From Phoronis australis (Eukaryota > Animalia > Phoronida), in contig NMRA01000178.1 of assembly GCA_002633005.1 (NCBI GenBank), positions 69,395 through 133,394 on the forward strand: a DNA stretch of 64,000 bases. Direction: 5' to 3'. The position numbers and the translations under genes were made by a program. Position 1 is the first letter of the stretch; every line of letters begins with the position of its first letter. The notes beneath the pieces were generated by a model. It ran no database searches, had not been told where the DNA came from, and was given only the letters and a program-made list of their open reading frames with translations. Shown here one piece after another: positions 59,533 to 64,000 of the stretch.

Positions 59533-62500
59533 CTAATCCTTGTCCTGATTTCCAGAGTTAGATAGATTTAGAACGATGTTTTTGGCCCAGCTGAGGTCAG
59601 CCTTGAGGAGTAGGCCATATGTTACTGCACAGTCATGAACACATGCATTGGTATCATTGAAACAGTGGTTCAACAACCGGCCTAGACTGTCTTGACACTC
59701 TGCTGGTCGCTTGAAGAACAATTTCAATGTGCATGTTAACAAGCACAGCTTCACACAACATTCCACCTCCTCATCAATGCTGTCTATACTTGATTCAATA
59801 ATGTACGGACTGTCGTCAATGTATTCCCCGTATTCTCCAATTAACCAATAGAGGGCACTTCTACCAGAGGCATCGGATAGATTTTCAACTGATCTTGGTA
59901 ATGCACTTAAAGCATCCCTTAAATTCTCCAATTTCCTCAAGTCAATATTTTGCAACGATCTCAACACAGCACAAGTTGTGTGAGCCTGGTTTAATTCCAG
60001 TAACGTCAATAATTTCGCTGCACATTTAGTGAACGCCGTGTGAATATTGTGTGCAACTGTTGACAATGCTTGAACACCAGCCTGCACTATCTGTGATGAT
60101 GTATCAGTGCAATACATTCCTAACTCATCAATCACTTCATCTGCGTTACTTTCACATACAAGCTGGGACAACAACTTAATTTTAGGAATTTTCACATAAC
60201 TTGGTTCATTATATTTACAGAAAAAAGATGAATATCTGGCTGCAAAAATGTCAGTGAACTGGACCACCAAGTCTTTTATTGTGTCCAACACAATACAGCA
60301 CAGCTCAGGGTTACTACTGTTGAGGATACTTGTCAGTGATTGGCTGGCTCGTTTGACCACTTCTGACGTCAGCTGTGCATTATCACTAACAAGATGCATG
60401 AAGAGCTGAAAACAGCCAATCACAACTGCACTGTTGTTGTGCTTTAACAATGGATCACAGATGTCCATTATACCATACACATCATCAACCGATTTGGGTT
60501 TGTATTTCTGAAGCATTTTCAAAATAGTAGGCAAGGACCACTCATTGAACTCTGACATTCTGTTGACCAAATGATTCGCAATGTGTTCATTAACCACCAT
60601 TCCACCCTCATGTTCAAGAATCTCCTCCAGTGCTGACACACAGTTGACCACAACAATAGGGTCTTCATCCCTTATAAGGGCGTACAGGGTGTCCAGAAAC
60701 CCATGATCTTCCATAGTGTGGGGGTTGGCATGATGGAGCTTCACACAACCCAACACTGCGGCTCTGCGTACATATGGGCTGCGATCTTCAAGAGCTCTTT
60801 CCACAGGGCTAACAGCATACTCAGTGAGTTGAGAGTGCCTTAACGCACACAATGTCTTCACAGCCAAACCTCTGATAAGCGGATTGGAGTCCACGCAGTC
60901 TTTTAACAGGGTGTTGATTGCTAGGATAACTAAGTCCTTCTCTGCCTCAGCATGTTGTGTCACACAATGACACGCCAGTTTCTTCACAACAATGTCTGGA
61001 TGAGCTAGAATTTTAACAACATTGGAGAAAATTGGTTGGATGTCAATTTTCCTCGTCATCATACCAACAACCTGAAAATAGAAAAACGAAAATATGTTAA
61101 AAATGGTTGAATTTAAATTGTATTGCAGGGCCCTTGTTCATCCGAAGGGAAATGTGCCTGTGCCTTCTGAGAGAGTAATTTTTTGGGGTGAGGTGGAAAT
61201 CCTACCTCACGATAACCATCAATAGCAACCCCCCCACCCTGTTCAAGCCCTCATAGGCTCAGCCAAAACTAACATTTTGCACTACTTCAAATTGTGATTC
61301 TAACCTCGAGGGGAATTTTTCAATCACTTGAAGGGAATTTTGGGGCCTCATAATGGAAACATCACATGATTTTCAATAAGTTTCAGAGGGGTATGGGACA
61401 TATATTCAGCCCCAAAAATGAGGGATTGAGGGCCCTGTATTGTATCATGGGTATAAATTTCTTAGCACAGAAAGACCACATAGGGCACACTCAGAAATGT
61501 TCATTTACTAAAGTATTTTTTTAGTTCAAGAAGAGCCCCTTGGGAGTTCATAAAAAAGATGCGAAAATGTATGTTTGAACACATCACCCTTGAAATGAAT
61601 AGTGGACTTTCAATTACGAAAAGGGATATTTCATTAAGAACATTAAGTTAAGCATAGATACATGATCTGAAGTGTTTTTTAGCAGTTTGGATAATTTTAA
61701 TCAGTGAAAATTCGCCAACTAACATTTTGGGCTTGGAAGGGGTAACTGGTAGGCACAGAGATTTAGAAGTTTGAGGATGGTTTGTAGTAAATCATCAATG
61801 TCATTCATACACAATAGGCCGCTTGATATTGTCATGCAACATCAGCGAGTGAAAGAAGTTCTTTGTGAACCCTCCTCTAAGTCACACAACTGTCCCAACT
61901 GGCCAGAGTAAGTAACACAGTGTGGCAAATAGTTTATGGTCCTGGCTGAGAAGATATTGCTTCATTATACCTTATGGTTTTTAATAGCCAACTTCCACAT
62001 ATCATAGTGTCATGATAAGTGGCTGACAAAGATGCCTGTGAACAAGCTAAGGCTGAATCTGTCTACAACTCAAAGTCAAAACTGTCGAAGGACAGAAATC
62101 TGTAGCCTGCTTGACTGGACAGAGCCAGCAAAAGACAAAACGTTTCAAGAAATGCTATTTGGAGTCATATAGTCAGAACACAAAAGACAGTTGAGTTGTA
62201 GTCTCTTCGAGAAAGAGATCCCCGAATAGAACGAGTCCCATACCATAGCCTAAAGCAATGTGCCACAAGGCAAGTGAGAGGAGTGTAGTAATTGCCGAAA
62301 TCACCAATTCACACACAGGAATCGAACAAGCGACCACAATAAAACGAGCAAGGATGCTTAGGGTTAGTTTACCCATAAGCACCTGGCTATGGCATAGCTT
62401 ATGCCTATGGCTATGCCTATGCCATGCCCTAACATGGGCCATGGCTTACCAACTGAACTTGACTGTACAGTGTCAACAATCAACAACTGCAAAGTGGCTT

Positions 62501-62589
62501 ACAGATTTCATTAACTTTCTAGACTTGTACTGATCCTGGAATGTCTCGGGATTCTCAAATATTTCTTTTAAGCGCTGAAAAGTCGGCAT
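59533..62589 (-). CDS. AP4B1: AP-4 complex subunit beta-1-like (adaptin trunk only, about 541 aa)
   Basis: Exons 62589-62503 and 61071-59533 (GT-AG, phase 0). Beta-adaptin motifs LAINTLLKDCVDSNPLIRGLA, DRSPYVRRAAVLGCVKLH, FFCKYNEPSYVK and KLFFKRPAECQDSLGRLL (beta-4 type). An upstream in-frame ATG at 62706 is possible. Confidence 0.88.
61126..61437. mobile_element. 312-bp MITE in the AP4B1 intron
   Basis: TIRs CAGGGCCCT / AGGGCCCTG; perfect 5-bp TSD TATTG. Confidence 0.75.
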
Positions 62590-62664
62590 TGTCGTGCCTG
62601 AACCCTGTGCCTGAACCGAGTAACGGACCCTGCACAACTGGACACACACTTGAGAACTTTCAGC

Positions 62665-62862
62665 GAACCCGGAAGTAGGGAACACTGGTTGCCGCTGGGT
62701 GGCCATTAGGAGAACGACATGGGATTTTCATTTTTGCAAAAATAAGCTCAAATATAGTTTTTTAATCTTTTATATTGGAATAGGTCAATAATTCAACCAA
62801 TAATTGGAACTATAACGCATTTAACTTGCACACAAGGCAGGGCAGGAAGTGACTTCCGCCAC
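62665..62862 (-). promoter_or_regulatory. Putative AP4B1 promoter with ETS-type motifs
   Basis: CCGGAAGT (62669-62676) and CAGGAAGTGACTTCCG (about 62844-62859) lie just upstream of the first exon. Motif matches only. Confidence 0.4.
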
Positions 62863-63076
62863 TTACGACTTTGCGACTTTCTGCGGATAATTAAAATCAG
62901 AAGTCTCGAAATGTTTTCGACTTCAACTGTGCTGTTTTCTTGATGGTGTCAATTGTGAAACTTGGAAGCATTCTACTTTTTAAGGATGTTGTACTTGGCC
63001 ATATTTTTGATGAGTTTTGTGATATCTGTGTTGGTAAGTTATGTTGAGTAGGCAGTCAACAGCACGGGAGCTTATC

Positions 63077-63513
63077 TAGGCAATGACCATCGCCTCTGTT
63101 GAGTGTTGGCCCTGTTGCAGACCAAGTAGGCCACCCGACCAAGACGGACCAAGTTAACTTGGTCGGCTTACATGGTCGGACCTCGCAGACCAAGTAGATA
63201 CCTCCGACCGAGTTGCAAGGTACCGTTGATACCTGAATGTTTGCCATAGTGTTATAATATGAANGGAACTGAAATAGGGACTGCTCGACGAAAAAGTTTC
63301 ATAACGGGAGTATTTGTTCGAGTTGGAAGGAATTAAACACATCGACAACCTCTTAAGGTGTTCCTCTATGCGCAAAAGGTATTTGTAACAACGTGACTTT
63401 GTTGGTTTAGTCGGTGCGAGGCATAATTCGCCGAAAAGCTTCCGGCGTACAGAGCGCCTATAGCCTCTACATCGCCTCTGCTTCGGGCCAACAGAGGCGA
63501 TGGTCATTGCCTA
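63077..63513. mobile_element. 437-bp MULE-like MITE, same family as 46314-46377
   Basis: TIRs TAGGCAATGACCATCGCCTCTGTT / AACAGAGGCGATGGTCATTGCCTA; perfect 9-bp TSD GAGCTTATC. Confidence 0.85.
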
Positions 63514-64000
63514 GAGCTTATCTTGATCTGATTGCATACGACATCTCTCATACATTATGTTTGTTATGTCGTGTAATATTGCATATATAGTGTATGAGAG
63601 GTACCGTACATGCTAGAAATACCGCCTGAAGTTGAAGAGGCCCTGGGGGATGTTATCTTTTTGAAGGCACTTTACAACACTTCGGCATATTTTGGCTAAG
63701 GCAGGGCTAAGCTGAGCATTACTCCATTAGGCTGTTGGACAGTAACCGCTGTCTCTAACTGGCCAGTGGAGACGGTGAAGCTCCTATACGCTGGAAGCTT
63801 TTTGGAGAATTATGCCTCACACTGATTAAGATATCAAAGTCACGTACCTTTTGCGTATAAATGGACACCTTAGGTCTTAGGAGGCCGTCAATGTCTTTAA
63901 TTCCTTCCAACTAGAACAAATACTCCCGTTATCAAACTTTTTCTTTAAGCAGTCCTTCATTCAGTCCCCAAAATTGGAAACTGGCCATTTTTACACAGGG

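Noticed and set aside
62590-62706. 39-aa N-terminal extension of AP4B1 from the ATG at 62706
   Set aside because: Homology to beta-4 adaptin starts at MPTF (62589) and the extension overlaps an ETS promoter motif; kept only as an alternative start.

Overview
Intron-rich, AT-rich animal genomic DNA, probably from a marine invertebrate (species not identifiable), with two long N gaps and several single-n joins. Almost all short ORFs in the six-frame track are noise; the real genes are spliced and were assembled here by hand from GT-AG sites and reading-frame phase. Genes: (1-2) two tandem paralogs on + (214-4216, 5'-partial; 10229-15451, complete, 224 aa) fusing an N-terminal death effector domain (DED) to a C-terminal domain with the C-x20-C hairpin and 'AVEH' helix of anti-lipopolysaccharide factors (ALF), with no signal peptide in the complete copy; (3) a 5-exon cytidine deaminase on -, whose last exon is duplicated across an n join; (4) two exons of a secreted beta-microseminoprotein-like protein; (5) a single-coding-exon ankyrin-repeat/SOCS-box gene; (6) an AP-4 beta-1 adaptin on - that appears to lack the hinge/ear. 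The rest is transposon debris: a solo LTR with TSD, MITEs with 5-, 9- and 3-bp TSDs, a Penelope relic with a hammerhead-like motif, CR1/L2 tails and minisatellites. The standout is the DED-ALF pair, a candidate cytosolic microbial-ligand sensor coupled to DED signalling, whose putative ligand-binding region differs between paralogs almost only by amino-acid-changing substitutions. Domain calls come from motifs recalled from memory; no search was run.
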